This document shows, piece by piece, positions 1 to 8,571 of a stretch of 37,444 nucleotides of DNA. The notes under the pieces were generated by a model, which saw only the letters and a program-made list of their open reading frames with translations, searched no databases and was not told where the DNA came from. The stretch is from the IMG/VR virus record IMGVR_UViG_3300038520_002914, positions 1 to 37,444 of that record; one strand, written 5' to 3'. Both the position numbers and the translations under genes were made by a program. This DNA is from a virus (lineage: Duplodnaviria; Caudoviricetes). Position 1 is the stretch's first letter. The number at the start of each line of letters is the position of its first letter.

Positions 1-48
1 GCTGCGGGAACTGCTGCACTCTTCGCACTAGGAGTATTATTTAATTAA
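1..48 (+). CDS. 3' end of a gene with hydrophobic C-terminus (possible holin/membrane protein), truncated by window edge
   Basis: Frame 1 reads AAGTAALFALGVLFN-stop; TAA overlaps the endolysin ATG (TAATG). Confidence 0.5.
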   Translation, partial: AAGTAALFALGVLFN

Positions 49-521
49 TGAAACTTTCACGTAACTTTAGCCTATCAGAACTAATTAAATCAGACACTGC
101 AATACGTAAGGGCATAGATAACAATCCTAATGCAGATCAAATAGAAAAATTAAAATTACTTTGTGAAAATATTTTACAGCCAGTTCGTGACCACTTCGGT
201 AGAGTAACGGTGACAAGCTGCTTTCGGAGCCCGGAGCTGTGCGTAAAGATAGGTAGTTCATTAAATTCACAGCATACCAAAGCTGAGGCGGCTGACTTCG
301 AATGCTTGGGCACTAGCAACGCTGAGGTCTTTGATTGGATCAAAGCAAACCTACCGTATGATCAAATGATTTTAGAATTTTTTACTCCAGGAGAACCAAA
401 TAGTGGGTGGATTCATTGCAGCTATGTATCTGAAAAACCTAGAAAACAATTGTTGAGAGCATTTAAAGAAGATGGTAAAACAAAATATAAACCTGTAATA
501 GGAAATGCAGTAGACTTATGA
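48..521 (+). CDS. Peptidase M15A family Zn endolysin
   Basis: LSRNFSLSEL N-terminus, S.FRS, SQH..AEAAD and WIHCSY motifs give the His/Asp/His zinc ligands of M15 peptidases. Confidence 0.9.
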   Translation: MKLSRNFSLSELIKSDTAIRKGIDNNPNADQIEKLKLLCENILQPVRDHFGRVTVTSCFRSPELCVKIGSSLNSQHTKAEAADFECLGTSNAEVFDWIKANLPYDQMILEFFTPGEPNSGWIHCSYVSEKPRKQLLRAFKEDGKTKYKPVIGNAVDL

Positions 522-802
522 GAAAAAGAGATCCAAAAGTAGGAACTGGAAAAAAGCCAAAAGGCTCAGACAGAAGACTTTATACTGATGAAAATCCAAG
601 AGATACTGTAAGAATAAAATTTGCTACACCAGCAGATGCAAGAGCTACAGCGGCCAAAGTAAAAAAAGTAAATAAGCCATTTGCAAGAAAGATACAAATT
701 TTAACGGTCATGGAACAAAGGGCTAAAGTTATGGGTAAGTCAGGGGTGGTAAACATTGCAAAAAAAGCCAAAGAATCCATTCGTAGAAGCCGTAAGGTCT
801 AG
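518..802 (+). CDS. Small basic hypothetical phage protein
   Basis: ATGA overlap with endolysin stop; Lys/Arg-rich 94 aa; RRLYTDENP segment. Confidence 0.75.
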   Translation: MRKRDPKVGTGKKPKGSDRRLYTDENPRDTVRIKFATPADARATAAKVKKVNKPFARKIQILTVMEQRAKVMGKSGVVNIAKKAKESIRRSRKV

Positions 803-899
803 AACATTCCGAATAAGAGTGCTATTATCTAAGAAGTTGTACAACCGCAAAAAGGAGAAGATCAACACTCTCAAAGCGGCCGCTAAAAAGGAGGATTGA
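756..899 (+). CDS. 47-aa basic protein, ArfA-like motif (absent from ORF track)
   Basis: TTG start after GGGGTGGT; translation MQKKPKNPFVEAVRSRTFRIRVLLSKKLYNRKKEKINTLKAAAKKED; TGA overlaps the next ATG (TGATG); fills an otherwise empty gap. Confidence 0.6.
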   Translation: MQKKPKNPFVEAVRSRTFRIRVLLSKKLYNRKKEKINTLKAAAKKED

Positions 900-1183
900 T
901 GGCGAAACAAGGACCATGTTGGGACGGATACGTTCAAAAAGGCATGAAGAAAAAAGGTGGTAAGATGGTGCCAAACTGTGTGCCTGCTGGCAAAAAAGTA
1001 ATGAAAGCTGCCATGGGTAGAGCTGCATTTTCTGAAACAACATCAAAAGCCCCAGGAACAAAAATGAAAGAAGATCCATATATTGGTTCTTACATGAAAT
1101 CAGAATTAGCAGGGAAAAAAGTAAGCAATCCTAGTTTAGTAAAATACTACGGACCATTATTGAAAGGATTTAAAAATGGTTAA
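899..1183 (+). CDS. Small basic protein with CWDGY...VPNCVP motif
   Basis: AAGGAGG RBS and ATG at 899 (track start 896 is TTG); Lys-rich loop bounded by two Cys. Confidence 0.75.
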   Translation: MAKQGPCWDGYVQKGMKKKGGKMVPNCVPAGKKVMKAAMGRAAFSETTSKAPGTKMKEDPYIGSYMKSELAGKKVSNPSLVKYYGPLLKGFKNG

Positions 1184-1511
1184 AAAAGTAAAAACAGTTT
1201 TAGATTTAATAGATAGATTTGGTAAAAAAAGAATCATACAAGCTTTAACAAAAAGAAAATTTAAAAACAAAAAGAAAGCTGAGGAAAGAAAAACTGGACA
1301 AAAACATATGGGATTTAGTAAAGGATCTGGTGAGAACGGTGTAGTATACAGAGATAAAAAAGGTAAAAAAATTTCAAAGACAGAAGCTATGAAAGCTTTT
1401 GATAGAGCAGACGCTGCTGAAAGAAGAGAAAGAGGCATGAGTAAACAAAAACCATACCCACCTGGAATGAAAGAAGGTGGAATGGCTGATTACTATAAGG
1501 ATATTTTATAA
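1176..1511 (+). CDS. Small basic hypothetical protein (possible internal head protein)
   Basis: AAAGGA RBS, overlaps with both neighbours, very Lys-rich, ends MKEGGMADYYKDIL. Confidence 0.7.
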   Translation: MVKKVKTVLDLIDRFGKKRIIQALTKRKFKNKKKAEERKTGQKHMGFSKGSGENGVVYRDKKGKKISKTEAMKAFDRADAAERRERGMSKQKPYPPGMKEGGMADYYKDIL

Positions 1512-2212
1512 TGGGAACATCAGGAACTACAGCTTTTAATTTAAACATAGATGACATCATTCAAGAAGGTTATCAAAGATGTGGTGTAAGAACTAATTCT
1601 GGTTATGATTTAAGATCAGCAAGAACAAGTTTAAATCTATTGTTTGCAGAATGGGGTAATAGAGGTATTCACCTTTGGAAAGTTGAATTGGATGAAAAAA
1701 CTTTGGTTGCTGGTCAAGCAACTTACACAGTTTCAGGTGACGTGAGCGATGTTTTAGAAGCTTTTATTTCTACGACTGTAGCATCAAATGATAGTGCAAC
1801 AACTCAAGATGTATCTTTAACAAAGATTGATAGGTCAACATATGCTGCCATACCAAATAAATTGTCTACGGGGACACCATCTCAATATTATGTAGATAGA
1901 CAAACTACACCAACAATTAGTTTATATCAAACACCAGATGCTGGAACTTACAAAGCTCTTAAGTATTATGTGTTAAAAAGAATAGAAGACGCTGGTGCTT
2001 ATACCGATCAAGCTGATGTAGCATACAGATTTTTACCATGTATGGCTGCGGGTTTAGGTTATTACCTATCTATGAAAATGAACCCTCAATTGGTGCAACA
2101 AAATAAAATGATTTATGAAGATGAATTGAAAAGAGCTTTAGATGAAGATGGTCAGAGAACTTCAACATTTATAACACCTCAATCTTTTTATCCTAACGGT
2201 TCAGGAGCATAA
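1511..2212 (+). CDS. Head-tail adaptor / tail tubular protein A-like
   Basis: SLNLLFAEWGNRG, GQATYT and TGTPSQYYVDR patterns resemble podovirus adaptor proteins; TAATG coupling at both ends. Confidence 0.65.
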   Translation: MGTSGTTAFNLNIDDIIQEGYQRCGVRTNSGYDLRSARTSLNLLFAEWGNRGIHLWKVELDEKTLVAGQATYTVSGDVSDVLEAFISTTVASNDSATTQDVSLTKIDRSTYAAIPNKLSTGTPSQYYVDRQTTPTISLYQTPDAGTYKALKYYVLKRIEDAGAYTDQADVAYRFLPCMAAGLGYYLSMKMNPQLVQQNKMIYEDELKRALDEDGQRTSTFITPQSFYPNGSGA

Positions 2213-2658
2213 TGGCAAAATACGCAACAGGAAAACATTCAAAGGCAATATCTGATAGATCAGGCATGGAATATCCATACTCAGAAATGGTGAAAGAATG
2301 GAATGGTTCTTTTGTTCATTACTCAGAATTTGAACCAAAACAACCACAAATAAGACGAAGAAGAATAACTGCTGATGCCATAGCTTTACAAAATCCAAGA
2401 GGTATGAAATTTCAACAACCAACTCAAGAGTTTTTAGCAGATCAAGATAGCACTGTGTCTGATTCAGGTGGTGCATCTGTTTGTGTAGCAAATCTAACTT
2501 TACCTGGACAATTTGCATTTAGAACACAAGAATTTAAAATAGTTAGACATGGTGTAACATCAGTAATGCAGTCAATGATACCTGAAGATCCATCAGCACA
2601 AAACAGAAGAAGACAAGCTAGAGCTTTTATTGGTAATGTAACAGTGAGTATTACATAA
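2212..2658 (+). CDS. Conserved hypothetical virion-module protein
   Basis: Coupled ORF; AISDRSG..YPY...VKEWNG...EFEPKQPQ N-terminal motif. Confidence 0.7.
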   Translation: MAKYATGKHSKAISDRSGMEYPYSEMVKEWNGSFVHYSEFEPKQPQIRRRRITADAIALQNPRGMKFQQPTQEFLADQDSTVSDSGGASVCVANLTLPGQFAFRTQEFKIVRHGVTSVMQSMIPEDPSAQNRRRQARAFIGNVTVSIT

Positions 2659-3320
2659 TGGCTATAACACATTCAGATTTTTTACAACAAGTTAGAGATT
2701 ACACAGAGGTAGGTAGCACTGTTTTATCTGACTCATTAATACAAAGATTTATAAGAAGTGTTGAGTTAGATATTGCAGGTAAAGTCGATTATGATGATAC
2801 AAGAAAATATGCCACATCAACTTTTACAGCTGGAAACAGAGCAGTTTCTATACCTGCAGATTCATTGATCTTAAGATCGGTTGAACATATATCAGGCACA
2901 ACAAGAACATTTTTAGAAAAAAGAGATATAAGTTTTATATCTGAATTTAATGGGACAGGAAAACAAGGAACTCCAAAATATTTTGCAAATTATGATGCTT
3001 TCAATATATTAGTAGCACCTACGCCTGCAGCTGCAGATACAATACAAATAAACTATATAAAAGATCCACCAGAATTTACTTCGACCAATCAAACGTTTTT
3101 AGCCAAATATCAAGAGTCTATGTTATTACATGGTGTTCTAACTGAGGCTTATAGCTTCTTAAAAGGACCCGATAACCTATACAATCTGTATAAAGGCAAG
3201 TATAATGAAGAATTACAAAATTTTGCTCTACAACAAATGGGCAGAAGAAGACGTGCGGAGTATGATGACGGTGTTCCAAGAGTAAGAGTACCTTCTCCAT
3301 CTCCTAACACTTCAAATTAA
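2658..3320 (+). CDS. Second head-tail adaptor / tail tubular protein A-like
   Basis: GTPKYFA, VAPTP, YQESMLLHGVLTEAYSFLK patterns; position in head-completion block. Confidence 0.65.
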   Translation: MAITHSDFLQQVRDYTEVGSTVLSDSLIQRFIRSVELDIAGKVDYDDTRKYATSTFTAGNRAVSIPADSLILRSVEHISGTTRTFLEKRDISFISEFNGTGKQGTPKYFANYDAFNILVAPTPAAADTIQINYIKDPPEFTSTNQTFLAKYQESMLLHGVLTEAYSFLKGPDNLYNLYKGKYNEELQNFALQQMGRRRRAEYDDGVPRVRVPSPSPNTSN

Positions 3321-3332
3321 AAGGAGAATAAA

Positions 3333-3785
3333 ATGGCAATAACAACAAATGCAATCTGCAATTCTTTCAAAAAAGAATTGTTAGAAGGAGCTCATAAATT
3401 TCAAGCAGCTCCTAATGGAAGCACTTATAAACTTGCGATGTTTACAAACTCAGCAACTTTAGGAAAGTCAACAACAGGATACTCAACATCTAACGAAGTG
3501 TCTTCACCATCTGGATATTCAGCTGGTGGAAAAGCTCTTGTAAATGTTGGTACTTCACTTGCAACAAACACAGCGATAACTGATTTCGCTGATCTTTCGT
3601 TTGTCGGAGTAACTTTGACAGCAAGAGGTGCTTTAATTTACAACACAACTATGGGTGGTGGTTCAAACACTACTGATGCTGTAGCTGTATTAGATTTTGG
3701 CGGTGATAAAACTGCAACTTCAGGAACTTTTACAATTCAGTTTCCTGCTTTTACTACATCTGCTGCAATTTTAAGAATAGCTTAA
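3333..3785 (+). CDS. Virion structural (tail) protein
   Basis: AAGGAG RBS; Thr/Ser/Gly-rich beta-type sequence, GYSAGGKAL, ARGALIYN, LDFGGDKT. Confidence 0.7.
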   Translation: MAITTNAICNSFKKELLEGAHKFQAAPNGSTYKLAMFTNSATLGKSTTGYSTSNEVSSPSGYSAGGKALVNVGTSLATNTAITDFADLSFVGVTLTARGALIYNTTMGGGSNTTDAVAVLDFGGDKTATSGTFTIQFPAFTTSAAILRIA

Positions 3786-3793
3786 TAATAAGG

Positions 3794-3842
3794 TCCCGGT
3801 GCTATGGCAGAACGTACTTATACAGTAACCGTAGCATCGGGA
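3794..3842 (+). promoter_or_regulatory. RNA stem-loop sequestering the start codon at 3804
   Basis: TCCCGGTGCTATGG (3794-3807) pairs with CCGTAGCATCGGGA (3829-3842): 14 contiguous pairs including two G-U. Confidence 0.6.
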
Positions 3843-5669
3843 AATTTATATGGTGGAGGAACAGGCAACGTCTTTTATTTAGATGGTGCCAGAAACTCCA
3901 CTGGTCCCGGAACTATATCTTGGGTACAGGGTGGTACATTAAGATTTGAACAAAGTGATGGGAGCAATGACAATCACCCATTAATATTTTCTACAAACAC
4001 AAGCACATCAGGAATAATTTCATCTGGGGTGACTTATTACCTTGACGGAGCTAGTAATCAAGCTGCTTACACTAACACAAGCACTTTTAATGCTGCTACC
4101 ACAAGATATGTTGAAATAACACCATCATCGCAAACTGATTTTTATTACCTATGTTATGTTCATGGCATCGGAATGGGTGGTATTTTTGATATCACACAAT
4201 CGACATGGGGAGCCTTAACATGGTCACAAGGAAACTGGTCTGCACAAAATAATTTTACACAAGCACCATCTGGTATATCTGCATCTTCAACTTTAGGAAC
4301 TCCATCTTATGAGATGAATACAGTAGAAACTGTTACAGGAAATAGCGCAACATTATCAATAAATTCAGCTAGCGTAGATCTGTTAAATAATGGTTGGGGT
4401 GCTAATTCTTGGGGCTTCAGTGAGTGGGGTCAAATAGGACAATTAATAGTTGGTCAAGCATTAACGACAAGCACAGGAACTGCAGTAGCTTCTATTGATG
4501 TATCTACCTCGGTGACAGGATCGAGTGCATCCACATCGATTGGAGGAAACGTTATATCGATTAATCAAACTATGACTCCAACTGGTTTAAGTTTAACATC
4601 TTCAATAGGTGTTGCTGATGCTGCACCTGATGCATTAGCCGTTGGACAATCATTAACTACATCTATTGGAAATGTTACCGCTGTAGGAGTAATAGAAATT
4701 GGTTGGGGTGGAGATGCTTGGGGTTTAAATCAATGGGGTGAATTGAATGCGCCAACAGAGGCAGTGACAACTGCGGGATTATTACAAACCTCAGCTGGAT
4801 CTAGCACCATTACTGGAAATGCTAATATAGACGTAACTGGAACTGCATTAACAATTTCACAAGGTGAAGATATTTCTGGAACATCACACACTGAATTGGT
4901 AACAACCGCAGGATTACTTCAAATGTCTTCTGAATCAAGTGTTGTTGATATTGGAGTGCCTGTAACTGGTATCTCATCATCTATGTCTGCTGGACAAGCA
5001 ACTATTGATGATACATTTTTAATCGGATCTGGTTGGGGTAGAGATACATTTGGTAACTTAGGTTGGGGTGTAAATTACTCAGCTATAAACTCAGCTGGAT
5101 TATCTTTAACATCATCAATTGGAAATGATGCTACTGTTGCAAACGCAAACGTTTCAGTAACAGGACAAGCTCTTTCATTAACATTAGGTACTTTCTCAGT
5201 ACAAGCAAATGCTGATTTATCAATAACGGTATCTGAACACACCATGAATTCATCGATTGGTTCAGTATCACTTGATCAAAATACAACTGAATCAGTCACT
5301 GGTTTATCTTTAACAACATCCATAGGTACAGAGGATGCTGGAGTACGTCTAGATGTGTCTGTAACTGGTCAAAGCTTAAGCTCAAGTATTGGTTCATCAT
5401 CACTTGTACAAACTACAACTGAAGTAGTTTCTGGCCAATCAGCTGCTTTAAGTTTGGGCACAATTACACAATTACCAGCAGTATTAGTGGGTGTTTCAGG
5501 CCAATCTTTAACAACTGCAATAGGTAATGAGGGACAAGTAACTGACGTAGCAGTAACATTAACTGGGCAGTCCTTGACAAGCTCTGTAGGCACCCCTAAT
5601 ATCACACCATGGGTAGAGGTTGATTTGGGAGTTACAAATAATTGGACTACAGTTGATTTGGCTGCTTAG
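3804..5669 (+). CDS. Ser/Thr/Gly-rich repetitive tail/fibre protein
   Basis: 621 aa; recurring (V)TG(Q/L)SLT(T/S)SIG units and four WG-rich motifs; N-terminal domain with NHPL and YYLCYVHGIGMGG. Confidence 0.7.
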   Translation: MAERTYTVTVASGNLYGGGTGNVFYLDGARNSTGPGTISWVQGGTLRFEQSDGSNDNHPLIFSTNTSTSGIISSGVTYYLDGASNQAAYTNTSTFNAATTRYVEITPSSQTDFYYLCYVHGIGMGGIFDITQSTWGALTWSQGNWSAQNNFTQAPSGISASSTLGTPSYEMNTVETVTGNSATLSINSASVDLLNNGWGANSWGFSEWGQIGQLIVGQALTTSTGTAVASIDVSTSVTGSSASTSIGGNVISINQTMTPTGLSLTSSIGVADAAPDALAVGQSLTTSIGNVTAVGVIEIGWGGDAWGLNQWGELNAPTEAVTTAGLLQTSAGSSTITGNANIDVTGTALTISQGEDISGTSHTELVTTAGLLQMSSESSVVDIGVPVTGISSSMSAGQATIDDTFLIGSGWGRDTFGNLGWGVNYSAINSAGLSLTSSIGNDATVANANVSVTGQALSLTLGTFSVQANADLSITVSEHTMNSSIGSVSLDQNTTESVTGLSLTTSIGTEDAGVRLDVSVTGQSLSSSIGSSSLVQTTTEVVSGQSAALSLGTITQLPAVLVGVSGQSLTTAIGNEGQVTDVAVTLTGQSLTSSVGTPNITPWVEVDLGVTNNWTTVDLAA

Positions 5670-5705
5670 ATAATGTAAAATATGAAATATTAAGGAGAAT
5701 TTTTT

Positions 5706-6404
5706 ATGGCATCATCATATTCGAGTGATCTTAAAATAGAACTAATGCAGACCGGAGAGAATGCCGGTACTTGGGGTGATAAAACCAATACGAATTTAAA
5801 TTTAGTCCAACAAGCAATCGCAGGTTATGAAGAAATTTCTGCTGCGTCCGCTGATGTAACTCTTGCGATGACAGACGGGACAATTTCTAATGCAAGAAAT
5901 GCCACTATCAAATTAACAGGAACTTTAGCTGCTAACAGAACTATTAATGTTCCAGATAGCATAGAAAAAGTTTACAACGTTATAGATGGCACAGATCACG
6001 CTGGATATACATTAACTTTTAAAACTGCAAGTGGAACTGGTGTTTTGCTTTGCGAAGGTAATTGTTATGTTTTATACGCTGATGGAACAAATGTTGAAAA
6101 AGCAAATGAATATAGAAAATGGAGAACAATAACTGCATCAGAAACTATTCAAGCAGGAGCAAAACTATTTGTAGACACCACAGGAGGAGCTGTAACAGCA
6201 ACGCTTCCTGCTTCACCAGCAGTTGGTGACGAAGTTCATTTTATTGATTCAAGATTTAACTTTGACAGCAATGCATTGACTGTAGGTAGAAACAGTTCTA
6301 AAATAGCTAATGCCTCTTCAGATTTAGTTGTTAATACAGAGGGTGCAGGTTTTGGATTAGTTTATTCTGGTTCAAATGTTGGCTGGACTTATATGGAGAA
6401 ATAA
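5706..6404 (+). CDS. Tail fibre protein
   Basis: AAGGAG RBS; GENAGTWG N-terminus; C-terminal FVDTTGGAVTATLPASPAVGDEVHFID repeat of the T4 long-fibre type. Confidence 0.75.
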   Translation: MASSYSSDLKIELMQTGENAGTWGDKTNTNLNLVQQAIAGYEEISAASADVTLAMTDGTISNARNATIKLTGTLAANRTINVPDSIEKVYNVIDGTDHAGYTLTFKTASGTGVLLCEGNCYVLYADGTNVEKANEYRKWRTITASETIQAGAKLFVDTTGGAVTATLPASPAVGDEVHFIDSRFNFDSNALTVGRNSSKIANASSDLVVNTEGAGFGLVYSGSNVGWTYMEK

Positions 6405-6408
6405 TAAT

Positions 6409-6978
6409 ATGTCAAATTACGAAGCAACAAGATACGATTTTTCAGGAGCAAATCTTACAGGTATTGAAGGTATACCTACAGCTACTATTGTGCCGTGGAC
6501 AACTGCATCTGTACCATCAGGATTTTTAGAGTGTGATGGTTCAGCGGTTTCAAGATCAACTTACTCTGCATTATTTGCAATTGTAGGAACTACTTATGGA
6601 ACTGGAGATGGATCTTCAACCTTTAACGTACCTAATTTAGCTGACAACGTGGCTGTTGGAAAATCACCAAACAAAGCTTTAGCATCTACAGGCGGAGCCA
6701 ACACTGTAACCTCAACTGGTAACGTTGGAGGTTCAACAGCGAACGCTACTTTGTCTACAGGTCAACTTGCTTCTCACTCACACCCAGCTGGTGGTAACGC
6801 ATTTGCCCCGTGGTCAACACAAACATTTCCAGGAGGTGGAAAGTTGTTTAACCCAATGAGCACTGGTAATACAGGAAGTGGACAAGGTCACTCACATAAC
6901 ATGAGTGCAAACTTTACAGGAGATGCTACTTCTGTAATTCAACCTTATTTGGCAGTAACTTACATAATTAAAACATAG
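6409..6978 (+). CDS. Tail collar domain fibre protein
   Basis: Start moved to ATG 6409 (GGAG RBS); PSGFLECDGSAVSRSTYSALFAIVGTTYG.GDGSSTFNVP collar motif; SHSH and GHSH metal-type motifs; PYLAVTYIIK end. Confidence 0.9.
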   Translation: MSNYEATRYDFSGANLTGIEGIPTATIVPWTTASVPSGFLECDGSAVSRSTYSALFAIVGTTYGTGDGSSTFNVPNLADNVAVGKSPNKALASTGGANTVTSTGNVGGSTANATLSTGQLASHSHPAGGNAFAPWSTQTFPGGGKLFNPMSTGNTGSGQGHSHNMSANFTGDATSVIQPYLAVTYIIKT

Positions 6979-6986
6979 GAAATTAT

Positions 6987-7406
6987 ATGGCAACAAATTC
7001 AGATTGGACAGTAATATTTGAAGACAAAATGATAATTAATCACTCTGTAAAAAATGCAGAGGGTCATTCAACACCTTATGTAATCAATGACGATTCTTTT
7101 TGGGGTGATGCAAAATGGTCTAATGTTTGGGCCATTCAATACAAAGATGATAACCATGATTATAATGATACTGTTGAACATAGAGATGATACACCACACA
7201 GCACGTGGACTGAATCTGGACTAGGAGATTTTAGAGATCAATTTGTTACAAAATGGGATGCTGCACACTTATCTAAATTACAAGCAGATTGGGATGCAGA
7301 CGTAATAATTACTTATAATGATGACGGTTCTGTTGCATCAACAGAAAGTGAAGCGGACCAAATAGCAAGAAAAGGTGAAAGACCTAGTTCTTATTCATCT
7401 TATTAA
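6987..7406 (+). CDS. Acidic Trp-rich protein, possible tail fibre assembly chaperone
   Basis: AGGA RBS; directly follows collar fibre; WAIQY motif. Function inferred from position. Confidence 0.55.
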   Translation: MATNSDWTVIFEDKMIINHSVKNAEGHSTPYVINDDSFWGDAKWSNVWAIQYKDDNHDYNDTVEHRDDTPHSTWTESGLGDFRDQFVTKWDAAHLSKLQADWDADVIITYNDDGSVASTESEADQIARKGERPSSYSSY

Positions 7407-7981
7407 TCTTCAGCATTAATCCAACCAGTTACAATATATTTTTCACCTTTTAATGGTGGATTGCCACGATGTACAAATGGATAGCTAGCTGGCCAGAAAA
7501 CAATTCTACCTTTTTTAGGTTTTACTCTTACTGATTGATGTAAAAATTCTGTCTCTCCACCTTCTTCAACATCATTTAAATATATCGAAAAAACAATAAC
7601 TCTATGTGAGGCATCTCTGTGTGAGCCATGCTCAATATGCCAAACATGATAACCCTCTGTAGGAAGTGTTTTTTGTATTTTAAAAGGTACATATTTGAAG
7701 CCATCATAAAATTCATCTATACCTGTATTGTCAACGTATCTTCTTAAAGCTAAATCAAAATTTGCAAACAAGACTTTAAACTCTTTGATGTATCCATTTA
7801 CACCAACAGAAGTATCTCTTTTTTTGTTTAATGTAGTTTTTTCACTTTGCAATCTTTGGTATGCATTACCAAAGTTTACTTGTTGTTCATAATATTTAAT
7901 AACTTCATCACAATCAGTTTTAGAAATATAATTGTCACAGACACCAATGTGATTTTTTAATTCTAAAGTTTTTTCACTCAT
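7403..7981 (-). CDS. 2OG-Fe(II) oxygenase, prolyl 4-hydroxylase-like
   Basis: WHIE (HxE), IYLNDVEEGGETEF, FVHRGNPP, KYIVTGW. Confidence 0.9.
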   Translation of the reverse strand: MSEKTLELKNHIGVCDNYISKTDCDEVIKYYEQQVNFGNAYQRLQSEKTTLNKKRDTSVGVNGYIKEFKVLFANFDLALRRYVDNTGIDEFYDGFKYVPFKIQKTLPTEGYHVWHIEHGSHRDASHRVIVFSIYLNDVEEGGETEFLHQSVRVKPKKGRIVFWPASYPFVHRGNPPLKGEKYIVTGWINAED

Positions 7982-8571
7982 ATGTTACCTTGTATCTTGT
8001 TATCATAAGCAAATCCATTCTTTTCAACAATATTGAATATAAGACTATACCTTTTTTCATCCTCTTTAACAGGATCGAAACCATGAAGAATATAAGGCGG
8101 GAACAAATAATAATCACCAGGCTCAGGAGTTATTTTTATATTCAATTCAGGTAAAATTAAATCACAACCTTTTGTTAAATATAGTATTCCATGCCAGCAA
8201 CAATGATGATGAGGATTCAAACTGTCTCCTTTTTTTATTTCATTGCCCCAAGCATTTTGTATAGTTCTTCTTTCAAGAAAGTGATGAAACACATCTGGGT
8301 GATCAGCTTGATGTTTATTAATTAAATAGGTTATAAAATTTACAAAATTAGGTTTGTCTATAAAGTAATTCCAATCTGTCATTCCACCCTTAACGTTTGT
8401 ATAGTTTTTTAAATTAGGGTCTAAGTTATTTTTAACATCTAAAATAAAATTATGCACAACATCAGGATATGGATAGTTACCAAATATAATATCTACTGTC
8501 CTAGGATAAGTTATTCTTAAAGAATTTTTTTGCTCCCCTAATTGATTATTTTTATTTAATATACTAATCAT
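7978..8571 (-). CDS. Putative 2OG-Fe(II) oxygenase (HxH, TIGR02466-like)
   Basis: WGN...PHHH, FPPYILHG, RYSLIFN. Confidence 0.75.
   Translation of the reverse strand: MISILNKNNQLGEQKNSLRITYPRTVDIIFGNYPYPDVVHNFILDVKNNLDPNLKNYTNVKGGMTDWNYFIDKPNFVNFITYLINKHQADHPDVFHHFLERRTIQNAWGNEIKKGDSLNPHHHCCWHGILYLTKGCDLILPELNIKITPEPGDYYLFPPYILHGFDPVKEDEKRYSLIFNIVEKNGFAYDNKIQGNI

Noticed and set aside
3804-7406. Diversity-generating retroelement acting on fibre genes
   Set aside because: No reverse transcriptase and no template/variable repeat pair seen.
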